Source: Gemmatimonadaceae bacterium
GTDB taxonomy: Bacteria > Gemmatimonadota > Gemmatimonadetes > Gemmatimonadales > Gemmatimonadaceae
DNA length: 39,816 nucleotides
Assembly: GCA_033763905.1 (NCBI GenBank)
Contig: JANRJP010000103.1
Coordinates: 1 to 39,816 of the forward strand
Reading direction: 5' to 3'
The translations under genes were made by a program, and so were the position numbers. The notes below the pieces were generated by a model. The model did no database searches, had not been told where the DNA came from, and saw only the letters and a list, made by a program, of their open reading frames with translations. Of the stretch, positions 1 to 9,426 are shown one piece after another (within the stretch, counting starts at the first letter, position 1; the number at the start of each line of letters is the position of its first letter).

Positions 1-297
1 TTTGATGCACCGAAGGCGTTGGTGGTCGTGTCATTGCGCGGCGAGAACTACGAATGGGTCGCGCAAAAGGCGGTACTCATCTCGGCGAGCGGTGCGTCGG
101 CGCAGGTCGGCGTGTCGGATCTCCGGTTTACCGGACACGAAGTGCTGCGAATCTTCGACGCCGACGGCGACGGGTTCGACGATGTGGCGATGCGCGCCGT
201 GGCCGAAGGGTCGGGTGGTACCACCATCCTTCGCTGGGATCCCAAGAATCGGAAATTCGTTCGGCTCGCGGTGGGCTTTCAGTGGGAGAACCTGTGA
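1..297 (+). CDS. 5'-truncated hypothetical protein with DxDGDGxDD (FG-GAP/VCBS-like Ca-binding) motif
   Basis: Frame 1 is open from base 1 to TGA at 295-297; contains IFDADGDGFDDV; stop overlaps the next GTG (GTGA). Confidence 0.6.
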   Translation, partial: FDAPKALVVVSLRGENYEWVAQKAVLISASGASAQVGVSDLRFTGHEVLRIFDADGDGFDDVAMRAVAEGSGGTTILRWDPKNRKFVRLAVGFQWENL

Positions 298-515
298 CGG
301 ACCTCGAACGGCAACGGCAGCAGGTGCGCCGCATCATCGCGGTCGTGATCGGCGCGGGCGGGCTTGTGACGCTCGGCGCGGCGCTGCTGCTGGCCCGCAG
401 CACGCTCGACAACAGCCTGTGGGAGGCCGTCGGGGTCGCGCTGGTGCCGGTGAGTGTGGGGCTCGTGTCGCTGTACGCGGCGCGGCGGCTGTGGCGTGCA
501 CCGACAGACCGGTAA
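294..515 (+). CDS. Small two-TM membrane protein
   Basis: GTG overlaps the upstream TGA; two hydrophobic segments (IIAVVIGAGGLVTLGAALLLA; AVGVALVPVSVGLVSLYAA). Confidence 0.6.
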   Translation: MTDLERQRQQVRRIIAVVIGAGGLVTLGAALLLARSTLDNSLWEAVGVALVPVSVGLVSLYAARRLWRAPTDR

Positions 516-583
516 GGGATTGGTTCACCGCGGCTGCCGGGAGTTGTGTCGCACCACGATCGGCCCTAGCGTGCACCGATAGG

Positions 584-1063
584 ATGCGTAGACCCGACGT
601 GAACCTGCTCGCGACCGACGAGATGCCCGCCGTCGGCACCGATGCGGCCCAGGCGCTCAAGCTCTGGGTCGTGTTGGCACGCGCGCACGCCGCGATCACG
701 GACCGTGCGACGGCCGATGTGGCGCGCCACGGCCTCACGCTGGCGGAGTTCGGGATTCTGGAAGCGCTCTACCACAAGGGCCCGATGCTCCTCGGCGAAG
801 TGCAACGGCGCATTCTGGTATCGAGTGGCGGCATCACGTATCTGGTCGATCGCCTGGTCCAGCGTGGGTTGCTGGAGCGCCGGCTCTGTGCCGAGGATCG
901 TCGGGCGAGGTATGCGGCACTCACCGAGGCGGGCCGAGCGCTGGTCGAACGGATCTTTCCCGAGCACGCCGAGATGATTCGGCAGGCGCTCTCAGGACTG
1001 TCTTCGACCGAGCAGGCGACGGCGATCGGTCTGCTTCGGACGCTCGGCAAGTCCGTCGGCTGA
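584..1063 (+). CDS. MarR-family transcriptional regulator (MhqR-like)
   Basis: HGLTLAEFGILEALYHKGP...LVSSGGITYLVDRLVQRGLLERR...DRRARYAALTEAG winged-HTH signature; start chosen at ATG 584 within ORF 2..1063. Confidence 0.9.
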   Translation: MRRPDVNLLATDEMPAVGTDAAQALKLWVVLARAHAAITDRATADVARHGLTLAEFGILEALYHKGPMLLGEVQRRILVSSGGITYLVDRLVQRGLLERRLCAEDRRARYAALTEAGRALVERIFPEHAEMIRQALSGLSSTEQATAIGLLRTLGKSVG

Positions 1064-1121
1064 CGGCGCCTCCCCGAGTCGGCAGGATCCATCACAAAAC
1101 TGACCACTGCGACCGGGCCTA

Positions 1122-1150
1122 TTGACGCGCAGACATCTCAATACTAAGAT
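1122..1150 (+). promoter_or_regulatory. sigma70-type promoter TTGACG-N17-TAAGAT with overlapping inverted-repeat operator ATCT-N8-AGAT (1135-1150)
   Basis: -35 TTGACG at 1122-1127, -10 TAAGAT at 1145-1150, 17-bp spacer; AT-rich island upstream of yceI. Confidence 0.7.
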
Positions 1151-1214
1151 AATGCTCAGTTAAGCGACGCCGGTCAGGCGCCGCGATTCACCCGACCAAC
1201 GATCTGAGGCACCA

Positions 1215-1760
1215 ATGACCGCTCCCGCCGCCACGTCCACGCTCTGGACCATCGACGAAACGCACTCGCTCCTCGAGTTCGCCGTCAAGCACATGATGAT
1301 CACGACCGTGAAGGGTCGCTTCGGCAAGGTCGCCGGCACGGTCACCATTCCCGACGGCAACATCGCCAAGGCATCGGTGAACGCCACGATCGAGACCGCG
1401 TCAATCGACACCCGCAACGAGCAGCGCGACGGGCATCTCAAGTCGCCGGACTTCTTCGACGCCGAGAAGTACCCGACGCTGACCTTCGTCTCGACCGGCG
1501 TGGCGCCGGCCGGTGAGGGCTGGACCCTGACCGGTGATCTCACGATGCATGGCGTCACGAAGTCGGTCACGCTCGCGCTGACCGACGGCGGTTCCGGCAA
1601 GGACCCCTGGGGCAACCAGCGCCGTTCCTTCTGGGCCACGGGGCAGATCGATCGTCGCGACTTCGGGCTCGAGTGGAACGCCGCGCTGGAATCGGGTGGC
1701 GTGCTCGTGAGCACCGACGTCAAGCTGCACTTCGAAATTCAACTGGTCGCGCAAGCGTAA
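1215..1760 (+). CDS. yceI: YceI-family polyisoprenoid-binding protein
   Basis: WTIDETHSLLEFAVKHMMITTVKGRF, SIDTRNEQRDGHLKSPDFFDAEKYP, IDRRDFGLEWN; GAGG RBS. Confidence 0.93.
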   Translation: MTAPAATSTLWTIDETHSLLEFAVKHMMITTVKGRFGKVAGTVTIPDGNIAKASVNATIETASIDTRNEQRDGHLKSPDFFDAEKYPTLTFVSTGVAPAGEGWTLTGDLTMHGVTKSVTLALTDGGSGKDPWGNQRRSFWATGQIDRRDFGLEWNAALESGGVLVSTDVKLHFEIQLVAQA

Positions 1761-1765
1761 CTCGT

Positions 1766-2833
1766 ATGGCACTCATCACCGCAGGCTTCCATCACATCAC
1801 CCTGGTCGCGCGCGACGCGCGTCGTACGCTCGCGTTCTACCGGGACGTGCTCGGCCTGGGACTCGTGAAGCGCACGGTGAACTTCGACGATCCCGGCTCG
1901 TACCACCTGTACTTCGGCGACGAAGAAGGGCGGCCAGGCACGCTGGTCACCTTCTTCGAGTGGCCGAACGCCCCGCGGGGCGGATTCGGGATCGGCGGCG
2001 TGCATCACTTGGCGCTGGGCGTCGCCACGCCGGAAGCGCAACTCAAGTGGAAGCGCCGCCTGCTCGAGCACGGGGTTCCCGTGTCGGGCCCGTATGACCG
2101 AAAGTGGTTTCACTCGATCTACTTCACCGATCCCGACGGGCAGGTCGTCGAGATCGCCACGAAGGGCCCAGGCTACCACGTCGACGAACCGATCGACGCG
2201 CTCGGCCAGCAGATCATCGTGCCGGGCGAAGGCCACCTCCGTGGTCAGCGCGACGAACGCGACATCGCTCGGCAGGTCTGGGAGGAGCCAGTGCCGGCGA
2301 TCACGCCGGATATGGCGCTCACCGGCCTGCATCACATCACCGGCATCACCGACGATGTCGAGCGGATGCACGACTTCCTTGGCGATACGCTGGGTTTGCG
2401 CATCGTGAAGAAGTCGGTGAATCAGGACGATCCGACGGCCGCCCACTGGTTCTGGGCGAACTACGACGGGCAGTCGGTGGCCGATCGCAGCGCGTACACG
2501 CTCTTCGGCTGGCCACCGGGCGTCCGTGCGGCGCGATTGGGCACAGGCCAAACGCACCATGTGGCGTTCCGCGCCTCGTCGGCCGAGCAGCAGTTGGAGT
2601 TCCAGGATCATCTGCGCAGCCGCGGCGTGCACGTCAGCGACGTGATGGACCGCACGTACTTCCAGAGCATCTACTTCCGGGCGCCGGACGGGATGCTGTT
2701 CGAGATCGCCACCGACGGGCCGGGCTTCGCGGTGGACGAGCCGATCGGCACGCTGGGGCAGGAGCTCAAGCTGCCGGCGTGGCTCGAGCAGGAGCGGGCC
2801 GACATCGAGCAGGCGCTGCAGCCGCTGGCGTGA
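1766..2833 (+). CDS. VOC/glyoxalase-family ring-cleaving dioxygenase (MhqO/MhqA-like)
   Basis: GFHHITL, LVKRTVNFDDPGSYHLYFGD, GQTHHVAF, DRTYFQSIYFRAPDGMLFEIATDGPGF; ATG 5 nt after the yceI stop. Confidence 0.9.
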   Translation: MALITAGFHHITLVARDARRTLAFYRDVLGLGLVKRTVNFDDPGSYHLYFGDEEGRPGTLVTFFEWPNAPRGGFGIGGVHHLALGVATPEAQLKWKRRLLEHGVPVSGPYDRKWFHSIYFTDPDGQVVEIATKGPGYHVDEPIDALGQQIIVPGEGHLRGQRDERDIARQVWEEPVPAITPDMALTGLHHITGITDDVERMHDFLGDTLGLRIVKKSVNQDDPTAAHWFWANYDGQSVADRSAYTLFGWPPGVRAARLGTGQTHHVAFRASSAEQQLEFQDHLRSRGVHVSDVMDRTYFQSIYFRAPDGMLFEIATDGPGFAVDEPIGTLGQELKLPAWLEQERADIEQALQPLA

Positions 2834-2856
2834 CGCCAGTCACTGCGTGCGGGACT

Positions 2857-2907
2857 GAGCCGTCGCCGTGACGGCTCCGAGGGGTCAACCGTCATAGGTT
2901 GACCCCT
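2857..2907. terminator. Two tandem hairpins after the dioxygenase gene
   Basis: GAGCCGTC/GACGGCTC (2857-2877) and AGGGGTCAACC/GGTTGACCCCT (2880-2907); no clear U-tract. Confidence 0.45.
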
Positions 2908-2908
2908 T

Positions 2909-4447
2909 ATGCGTCCTATGCGACTCCCGTCCCGCCCACTGCTCGCCGCACTCGCGATCGCCGCCGCTGCGTGCGAAGTCGACAACGCGACCGCCAACGG
3001 CGGCGGCGACGGCACGGTCCTGCCCGGACAGGCCTACGCGCTTCGCATTGGCGCCGCCGGCGTCGAGGAGATCGAACAGGTCTTCCCGTATGCGGGCGGC
3101 GCCGTCGTGATCGGGACGTTCACCGGTACGGTCGATTTTGATCCATCGGGTCGCACGGAGTTCCGCACCAGCGCCGGCGGCAACGATGTGTTCGTCGCAC
3201 GCATCGATCTGAACGGCGCGCTGCAGTGGGTCACCACGCTCGGCGGACCCGGCAACGATGTGGGCCGCGGTCTCTTCGTCACGCTGGATGGTCGCGTGGC
3301 GTTGACCGGCAGCGCGGAGACGGGCTTCCAGTGCGTTGGGGGCATTGTCACCGGGCAGCACAACGGCGCGCGGGACGCGTACATCGCGACGCTGGGCGCC
3401 ACCGGCAGCTGCGGCGATCTCTTCTTTGTGGGTGGGCCAGGCACGGACGAAGGCCGGTCCATCGCCGTCGATGCCACCGGCGGCATCATCGTCGCGGGCG
3501 TGTTCAGCGGTCGGGCGGACTTTGATCCGACCGGCGCAGAGACCATTCGCACGGCCGCGGCGGGGGATCCGAGCGACGTCTTCGTCGGTCGCTGGCAGAT
3601 TCCTGGGCAACCCACGTGGCTCAGCGCGTTGCAGGGCCGCGGCACCGACGACGTGGCCGCGATGGCGGTCGACATCACGCAAGGCGTGGTGCTCGCCGGC
3701 ACGTACAGCGATACCCTCGATGCGGATCCCGGCAGTGCGGTGCGCCGCTTGGCGCCGGTCGGTGGTGGCAGCGATGTCTTCGTCGTGGCGCTGAACGCAC
3801 TCAACGGCGATCACCGATGGAGTGATCGCTTTGCGAGCCCGAACGCCGACGTGGTGTCACGTCACGCCTTGCAGGTGGATTTGCAGCGTGAAGTGTGGAT
3901 CGGCGGACGATTCAGCGGGTCGATGTCGGTCGGCGAGTTCAACACCGGCACACCGATCGTCTCCGTCGGCGGCGAAGACGGGTTCCTTGCGCGAGTGAAC
4001 AGCAGCGGCCTGCCGGTCGGCGGCTTTGCGATTGGCGGGCCCGGCAACGACGTCGTGCTGGACGTGAGCCTCGCGGACGAGAACGACGGACTCTTCGTGA
4101 GCGGCCGCTTTCAGGACCGGGTCGATTTTTCGCGCGGACTCAGCAGCCCGGTCATTGTGGCGGTGTCGCCGAGCAACAGCGGCGTCGGGGATCTGTTCCT
4201 CGCGCGCTACAACAAGGCGGGCGTGCTCCGCTGGGCCAGTCGCTTGCGCCCGAGCGCCGTGCCGCCGCTGACGGGTACGGCATTCCTCACCAGCGTGGCC
4301 AGCGGTGGCTTCTGGGTCGGCGGGCGTTTCGGTGGTGCGATGAACATCGACCCCGGCACCGGCTTCGCGGTGCTCACCGCCGAGGCGCAGGCCGACGCGT
4401 GGATTGGCCGCTTTACCGCGGACAGCGGTGCGGTGGTGCGTCGGTGA
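2909..4447 (+). CDS. Beta-propeller (SBBP-like repeat) lipoprotein
   Basis: Lipobox LAIAAAAC; repeated G.F.G..DFDP...D.FV.....G...W....GG.G.D units. Confidence 0.75.
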   Translation: MRPMRLPSRPLLAALAIAAAACEVDNATANGGGDGTVLPGQAYALRIGAAGVEEIEQVFPYAGGAVVIGTFTGTVDFDPSGRTEFRTSAGGNDVFVARIDLNGALQWVTTLGGPGNDVGRGLFVTLDGRVALTGSAETGFQCVGGIVTGQHNGARDAYIATLGATGSCGDLFFVGGPGTDEGRSIAVDATGGIIVAGVFSGRADFDPTGAETIRTAAAGDPSDVFVGRWQIPGQPTWLSALQGRGTDDVAAMAVDITQGVVLAGTYSDTLDADPGSAVRRLAPVGGGSDVFVVALNALNGDHRWSDRFASPNADVVSRHALQVDLQREVWIGGRFSGSMSVGEFNTGTPIVSVGGEDGFLARVNSSGLPVGGFAIGGPGNDVVLDVSLADENDGLFVSGRFQDRVDFSRGLSSPVIVAVSPSNSGVGDLFLARYNKAGVLRWASRLRPSAVPPLTGTAFLTSVASGGFWVGGRFGGAMNIDPGTGFAVLTAEAQADAWIGRFTADSGAVVRR

Positions 4448-5145
4448 TACCGCGTCGCCTCGCACTCGTCGTGATCGTGGGCGTCGCGGCGTGTCAGGCG
4501 CCGCTGACGCCGTTGGTCTCCGCGCCCACGCCGGCACCCGAACCCGTCGCCGCCACGCCAGCCGCTGCGCCAGCCGCCACGCCAGCCGCTGCGCCCGCGA
4601 TGCCGACGGCGTCGCCCCCGATCGTGCGGGCCGCGAAGGATTTCCCGGATCACCGCCTGCTGCGCTCACGCCAGTTGATGGTGCCGGTGGCCGGCAAGAC
4701 GATTCTCGACGTTGACGACACCTTCGATCACGGCCGCAGCGGCGAACGCGTGCATCGCGCGGTCGATGTGCTGGCGCCGCGCGGCACCCCGGTAGTGTCG
4801 GCCGACGACGCCGTGGTGATTGCGATCAAGCAGAACGGACTCGGCGGCAAGGTCGTCTACTGCACGGATCCGTCGCGGCAACTGGTGTACTATTACGCGC
4901 ACTTGGATCGCTACGCCGACGGCCTCCGCGAGGGGCAGCGACTCGTGCAGGGCGAGCTGATCGGCTACGTCGGGACGACCGGCAACGCGCCGGCGAACGT
5001 CCCGCATCTGCACTTTCAGGTGATGCGTCTGGACGATCCGGCGCGCTACTGGGAGGGGACGCCGTTGAATCCCCGCCCGTACTTCATTCGTGATGGGGCA
5101 GTGATGGGCGAACACACACGCGGCGTCAACGCCGGGGGGCGCTGA
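4444..5145 (+). CDS. M23-family metallopeptidase lipoprotein
   Basis: GTG overlaps the upstream TGA; lipobox VGVAAC; Pro/Ala linker; HRAVD, YYYAHL, IGYVGTTGNA...PHLHF. Confidence 0.88.
   Translation: MIPRRLALVVIVGVAACQAPLTPLVSAPTPAPEPVAATPAAAPAATPAAAPAMPTASPPIVRAAKDFPDHRLLRSRQLMVPVAGKTILDVDDTFDHGRSGERVHRAVDVLAPRGTPVVSADDAVVIAIKQNGLGGKVVYCTDPSRQLVYYYAHLDRYADGLREGQRLVQGELIGYVGTTGNAPANVPHLHFQVMRLDDPARYWEGTPLNPRPYFIRDGAVMGEHTRGVNAGGR
4549..4596 (+). repeat. 2 x 24-bp tandem repeat encoding AATPAAAP in the M23 linker
   Basis: gccgccacgccagccgctgcgcc(a/c) occurs twice. Confidence 0.8.
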
Positions 5146-5420
5146 TGGCGCTGACATCGAAGGAACGCGCCGCGCTCCGCGCGAAGGCGCATCATCTCTC
5201 GCCCAAGCTGCATATCGGCAAGGAGGGCGTGACGGATCCCGTGCTGCAGACGCTGGACGACGTGTTGCGCACGCAGGAGCTGGTCAAAGTGGCGCTGACA
5301 AAGCAGGCCGAGGATGAGCCCAAGGAACTCGCCCACGCCTTGGCGCAGGCGATGCGCGCCGATGTGGTGCAGGTGATCGGGCGGACGCTGACGCTGTTTC
5401 GGGAGAAGGAAGAGGAGTAA
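5145..5420 (+). CDS. yhbY: YhbY/CRM-domain RNA-binding protein
   Basis: LTSKERAALRAKAHHLSP..HIGKEGVT...ELVKV...VVQVIGRTLTLFR. Confidence 0.92.
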   Translation: MALTSKERAALRAKAHHLSPKLHIGKEGVTDPVLQTLDDVLRTQELVKVALTKQAEDEPKELAHALAQAMRADVVQVIGRTLTLFREKEEE

Positions 5421-5426
5421 ACGCGG

Positions 5427-6089
5427 TCAGGGAGTCGTCGAGACCCACGCCGTGCTGACGCCGGGGTACACCAGCACTGGATACTCCCGCTCCCACACCC
5501 GCCCGTCGCTGGTCGCCAGCCGAGCCAAGGCCCGCCACTGCACCTGATAGCCCTGCTCGAAGCGGCTCGACGGCGCCGCAGGGTCCAGCGTCACATCGAC
5601 CGGCAGCCGCAGTTCCACGCCCTTCGCGGCCGCGACCGGCGCCGAGATCACGTCGAACGCCACGCCGGTACTGAACGGTGGCATCACGCGCCCGCCGCGC
5701 GAATCAAAGGCCCAGAGCGTCAACGACGCCGATGCAAGCGTGAGATCGCGCCGCGGCGTCACGACGAGTTCGATCGTGCCGAGTTCGCCCACGCTCAGTG
5801 CGCCATCATGGAACTCCAGATGCACGTCGCCGATCGTGCGCCACGCGGCAAAGGGCACGCGATACGCCCACAGCGTGCTCACCGACCAGGCCACAAAGCC
5901 GATCCCGGCCACGAAGGGCGTGAAGTCGTGCGCGAGCACCATCGCCCAGCCGCCACCGATCACCGCGAACAGCCCCAGGAACAACACCGCCACCGCCTGC
6001 TTCACCTCGCGGCGCTCGGTCAGCGGGCGCCACGCGTCGCGCGCGTGGTCGCGGTAGAACTCTTCCTTGGGGCCGAGCGGAAAGCTCAC
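5427..6089 (-). CDS. Hypothetical membrane protein (2 TM plus beta-sandwich-like C-terminal domain)
   Basis: ORF 5427..6182; probable GTG start at 6089, just after the Mo-subunit stop; two hydrophobic helices followed by a beta-rich region. Confidence 0.6.
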   Translation of the reverse strand: MSFPLGPKEEFYRDHARDAWRPLTERREVKQAVAVLFLGLFAVIGGGWAMVLAHDFTPFVAGIGFVAWSVSTLWAYRVPFAAWRTIGDVHLEFHDGALSVGELGTIELVVTPRRDLTLASASLTLWAFDSRGGRVMPPFSTGVAFDVISAPVAAAKGVELRLPVDVTLDPAAPSSRFEQGYQVQWRALARLATSDGRVWEREYPVLVYPGVSTAWVSTTP

Positions 6090-6105
6090 GAGTGCCGCGG
6101 ACCGC

Positions 6106-8349
6106 TCAGCGTGCCGACTCGAGCCAGCCGAGCACGCGCCACGGCGTGAGCGGCAACGCATCGGGGGCCACGCCGAGCGCATCGGCCACTGCGTTCATGA
6201 TGGCCGGCGCGGTGGGAATGATCGGCGCTTCGGCCAAGCCGCGCGCGCCGACGTGGTTCGCCTGCACGTCGGCACCGCCCACGCACCACGCCGCAATCGC
6301 GGGCACATCGGCGAAGGTCGGCACCTTGTAGTCGTGCAGCCCGGCGTTGAGCGTGCGCCCGGTCGCGGCATCGAGCACGCGTTCCTCGAAGAGCGCGTAG
6401 CCCAGACCCTGAATGATGCCGCCTTCGAGTTGGCTCTGCGCGAGCGTGGGGTTCACGATGCGGCCGGCATCGTGTACCGCCACGAGTTCGACGACGCGCA
6501 CAACCCCGGAGGTGATGTCGACCTCGACTTCGCACATCTGCACACCGAAGGTGGCGATGCCGGTGCCATCGGGGTTCGGGCCGCGCGAGCCGCGGCCGAC
6601 GAACTGCATCTGGCCCAGCGGCGCCCCGGTGGCCTTGGCTTCGTCGTACTGCGCCTTGGCGTCGATCGCGGCCATGCGCACGGCGGGCAACACGCTCGGC
6701 GTCGTGATCGAGCCCCAGGAGTTGTTCGTGTATGGCGTGTGCGCGGTATCGCCAATGCTGGCGCGCACGCGCGCGAGGTCGACGCCGAGCACCTCCGCCA
6801 CGACCTGTCGCACCAAGGTGCGAATGCCCGTGCCCAAGTCCTGCGTGCCCACCATGACATCCGCCGACCCGTCGCTCGAGATGCGCACGATCGCGCTGGC
6901 CGGTGGGCCGCCGCCGGTGCTCCACACTTGCGCGGCCAATCCTACGCCGCGTCGCGTCGTGCTTCGGTCGTCGCGCGCGCGGCGGCGCGCGGCGGCCACG
7001 GTGGCGCGGCGCGCCGACCAGTCGAAGCGCGCAGCCGCTTCGTCGTAGCACTGCGCAATCGCGTTACCGCTATAGGGCCGATCGCGATCGGGGTCCCGCT
7101 CGGCAAGATTGCGCCTACGCAGCTCGAGTGGATCGAGCCCGAGCTTCTCGGCCAAGGCGTCCATCGCGCGTTCAATACCCACCGCGCCTTCCACGAAGCC
7201 CGGCGCGCGGAACGAATCCATCGCGCCGACATTGGTGAACGCGAAGCGCTCGACGGTCCGCACGTTGGGGCAGCGGTACATCTGGTGCGCGAAGGCGGTG
7301 GGGCCGGCGGCCCAGCCGCCCACACCCATCGGGGCATCGGCGGTCACGTCAATGAGCGTCAGCGTGCCGTCGCGGCGCGCGCCGAGCGTCACTTGCTGCA
7401 CCGTGCTGTTGCGATGCCCGGTGTCGGTCTGTTCGCCGTGGCGGTCGAGTACGCAGCGCACCGGCGCGCCGAGTCGCTTGGCGAAGAGCGCGGCGGTGTA
7501 GGTGTGGGTGCCGGCGTAGTTTTTCGCGCCGAAGCCGCCACCCATATGCTCGCAGATGACGCGCACATCGCTCTGCGGCAGTCCGAACGCACGGGCAACA
7601 TTCTCGCGCACGCGGAAGATGCCTTGCGTGCCTTCCCAGATCGTGAGCTGGCCGTTGCTCCACTCGGCCACGGCGCCGTGCGGTTCCATTGCCGCGTGCA
7701 GCGCGGCCGGCGTGGTGACGTGGATGCTGACCGTGACCTCAGCGGCCGCGAGACCTGCCTCGGCGCTGCCGCGCTCACGCTGGCGTGGCGTGCCGAAGGC
7801 CGCGTTGCTCGTCCCGCCGCGTGCGATTGGGGCGCCGTCGGCGAGTGCGTCGTCGGCGGTGAGCACGAAGGGCTCGGGGGTAATCTCGACGATGATCGCG
7901 CGCGCCGCCGCTTCGGCGGCTTCACGCGTGTCGGCGCAGACCGCGGCGATCGGCTGCGCAGCGTAGGTGACGTGCGGGTCGAAGAGCCGCGCGGCACCAG
8001 CACTCAGCTTGGCGGCCTTGATGTCGTCGTGGGTCAGGATGTCGCGCACGCCGGCGACGGCGCGGGCGGCGGCGGTGTCGAGCCGCGTGACGCGGCCCTT
8101 GGCGACTCCCGCGCGACGGAGCGCAACGTGCAGCATTCCGGCGCGCGCGAGATCGGCGGTGTATTGTGCGCGGCCACCGACTTTGAGCGGCGACTCCGTG
8201 CGTGGCGCGCTGTGGCCGACCTGGGTGAGTGGCGCGTCGGCATCCCACGGCGTCACGGCAAATGCCGGCAGCTCGACCAGTTTGATTTCGACGCGGCCCT
8301 CGACTTCGACTTCGGTCGAGACGAATCGCTTGGGCGTGGCGTCGTTCAC
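6106..8349 (-). CDS. Xanthine dehydrogenase-family molybdopterin-binding subunit (PaoC/YagR-like)
   Basis: KVGGRAQYTAD, HAAMEPH, MGGGFGAK, FRAPG, QDLGTG, HDAGRIVNP..AQSQLEGGIIQGLG, GARGLAE; GTG 8349 overlaps the 2Fe-2S gene stop. Confidence 0.92.
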   Translation of the reverse strand: MNDATPKRFVSTEVEVEGRVEIKLVELPAFAVTPWDADAPLTQVGHSAPRTESPLKVGGRAQYTADLARAGMLHVALRRAGVAKGRVTRLDTAAARAVAGVRDILTHDDIKAAKLSAGAARLFDPHVTYAAQPIAAVCADTREAAEAAARAIIVEITPEPFVLTADDALADGAPIARGGTSNAAFGTPRQRERGSAEAGLAAAEVTVSIHVTTPAALHAAMEPHGAVAEWSNGQLTIWEGTQGIFRVRENVARAFGLPQSDVRVICEHMGGGFGAKNYAGTHTYTAALFAKRLGAPVRCVLDRHGEQTDTGHRNSTVQQVTLGARRDGTLTLIDVTADAPMGVGGWAAGPTAFAHQMYRCPNVRTVERFAFTNVGAMDSFRAPGFVEGAVGIERAMDALAEKLGLDPLELRRRNLAERDPDRDRPYSGNAIAQCYDEAAARFDWSARRATVAAARRRARDDRSTTRRGVGLAAQVWSTGGGPPASAIVRISSDGSADVMVGTQDLGTGIRTLVRQVVAEVLGVDLARVRASIGDTAHTPYTNNSWGSITTPSVLPAVRMAAIDAKAQYDEAKATGAPLGQMQFVGRGSRGPNPDGTGIATFGVQMCEVEVDITSGVVRVVELVAVHDAGRIVNPTLAQSQLEGGIIQGLGYALFEERVLDAATGRTLNAGLHDYKVPTFADVPAIAAWCVGGADVQANHVGARGLAEAPIIPTAPAIMNAVADALGVAPDALPLTPWRVLGWLESAR

Positions 8350-8828
8350 GGCTGCGCCGAGTCGGCGGGCGTCGTGCCGTTCGCGGCGAGTTCGCGCAGC
8401 GCGGCGGCGATGCGCGGGTAGGTGCCGCAGCGACAGAGGTTGCCGCTCATCCCCGCGCGAATCTCTTCGTCGCTGGGATGTGGCGTGGCCTCGAGCAGCG
8501 CCACCGCGGCCATCACCTGTCCCGGGGTGCAGTAGCCGCACTGCGCCGCGTCGTGCCGCACGAACGCGGCTTGGACCGGATGCGGTGCCGCGTCCGTCCC
8601 AATGCCTTCGATCGTGGTGACCGATCGGCCGGCGACCTGCGCGGCCAGGGTGATGCAGGCGTACGTCGGCCGACCATCGACGAGCACGGTGCACGCCCCG
8701 CATTCACCGCGGTCACAGGCGAGCTTGGTGCCGGGGAGCCCCGCGTGGTCGCGCAGGGCGTCGAGCAGGGTGTCGTGGTCGCGCGTCGGGAGCGACGTCA
8801 GGCGACCGTTGAGCGTGAAGGCAGGCAT
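8346..8828 (-). CDS. [2Fe-2S]-binding subunit of Mo-hydroxylase (PaoA/CoxS-like)
   Basis: GTKLACDRGECGACTV...C; QCGYCTPGQ; GNLCRCGTY. Confidence 0.93.
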   Translation of the reverse strand: MPAFTLNGRLTSLPTRDHDTLLDALRDHAGLPGTKLACDRGECGACTVLVDGRPTYACITLAAQVAGRSVTTIEGIGTDAAPHPVQAAFVRHDAAQCGYCTPGQVMAAVALLEATPHPSDEEIRAGMSGNLCRCGTYPRIAAALRELAANGTTPADSAQP

Positions 8829-8841
8829 TGATGCCTGCACG

Positions 8842-9426
8842 TTACGCAGTCGCCAGTACCTTCCGGAAGCATCGCTTTTCGACGACGGTGCGGCCCTCGG
8901 CGCGCATCCGGTCGTAGCGGGCGATCTTTTCGGGGTAGTGCTCGAGCGGCACGATGTCGTAGCCGAGCCCGGTGAAGAAGCGGTCGGACAGCGACAGCGC
9001 GAACACTTCGGCAATGTCCCGCAGGCGCGCGACGCGCTCGACGGCCAGCACGACGCGCGTGCCGAGGCCCTGGCCGTGCGCATCTTCCGACACGGCGACC
9101 GACGAGACTTCGGCCAGTGACGGCGAATACTCGGTGAGCGCGGCGCAGGCGAGGACGCGGCCCGACGGCGTCGCGGCGACGACGTAGTTGGTGAGTTCGC
9201 GCATCACATCATTCGCGGTGCGCGACAGCATCAATCCCTGCTCGGCGAACCCATTGACGAGCGCGACGATCTGCGGCACGTCGGCGAGCGACGCCAAGCG
9301 GACGATCGGCTCGGCGACGGGCGTCGCGACGGGCGTCGGCGCGACAACCGGGGCCTGGCGGGCACGCCGGCGCCGGGTCGGGGTCGCCGTCGAAGCGGCG
9401 GTGGGGAGGGATGCGAGATTATGCAT
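8842..9426 (-). CDS. GNAT acetyltransferase, short ArgA (amino-acid N-acetyltransferase)-like
   Basis: DVPQIVALVNGFAEQGLMLSR, LAEVSSVAVSEDAHGQGLG, VFALSLSDRFF..LGY, YPEKI..; start at ATG 9426 (MHNL). Confidence 0.8.
   Translation of the reverse strand: MHNLASLPTAASTATPTRRRRARQAPVVAPTPVATPVAEPIVRLASLADVPQIVALVNGFAEQGLMLSRTANDVMRELTNYVVAATPSGRVLACAALTEYSPSLAEVSSVAVSEDAHGQGLGTRVVLAVERVARLRDIAEVFALSLSDRFFTGLGYDIVPLEHYPEKIARYDRMRAEGRTVVEKRCFRKVLATA

Noticed and set aside
294..320. Same N-terminus (VTDLER) as the pseudokinase at 11715
   Set aside because: Only 6 aa, with different codons, and partly forced by GTGA overlaps; likely chance.
2909..4447. Internal repeats considered as a DNA repeat array or CRISPR
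   Set aside because: They are degenerate protein-level beta-propeller repeats, with no identical repeat-spacer structure.
6067..8421. 784-aa plus-strand ORF, and similar long antisense ORFs such as 15295-17367, 30194-31720 and 36495-38168
   Set aside because: They are shadow ORFs opposite clearly identifiable genes in high-GC DNA; Arg/Ala-rich with no motifs.
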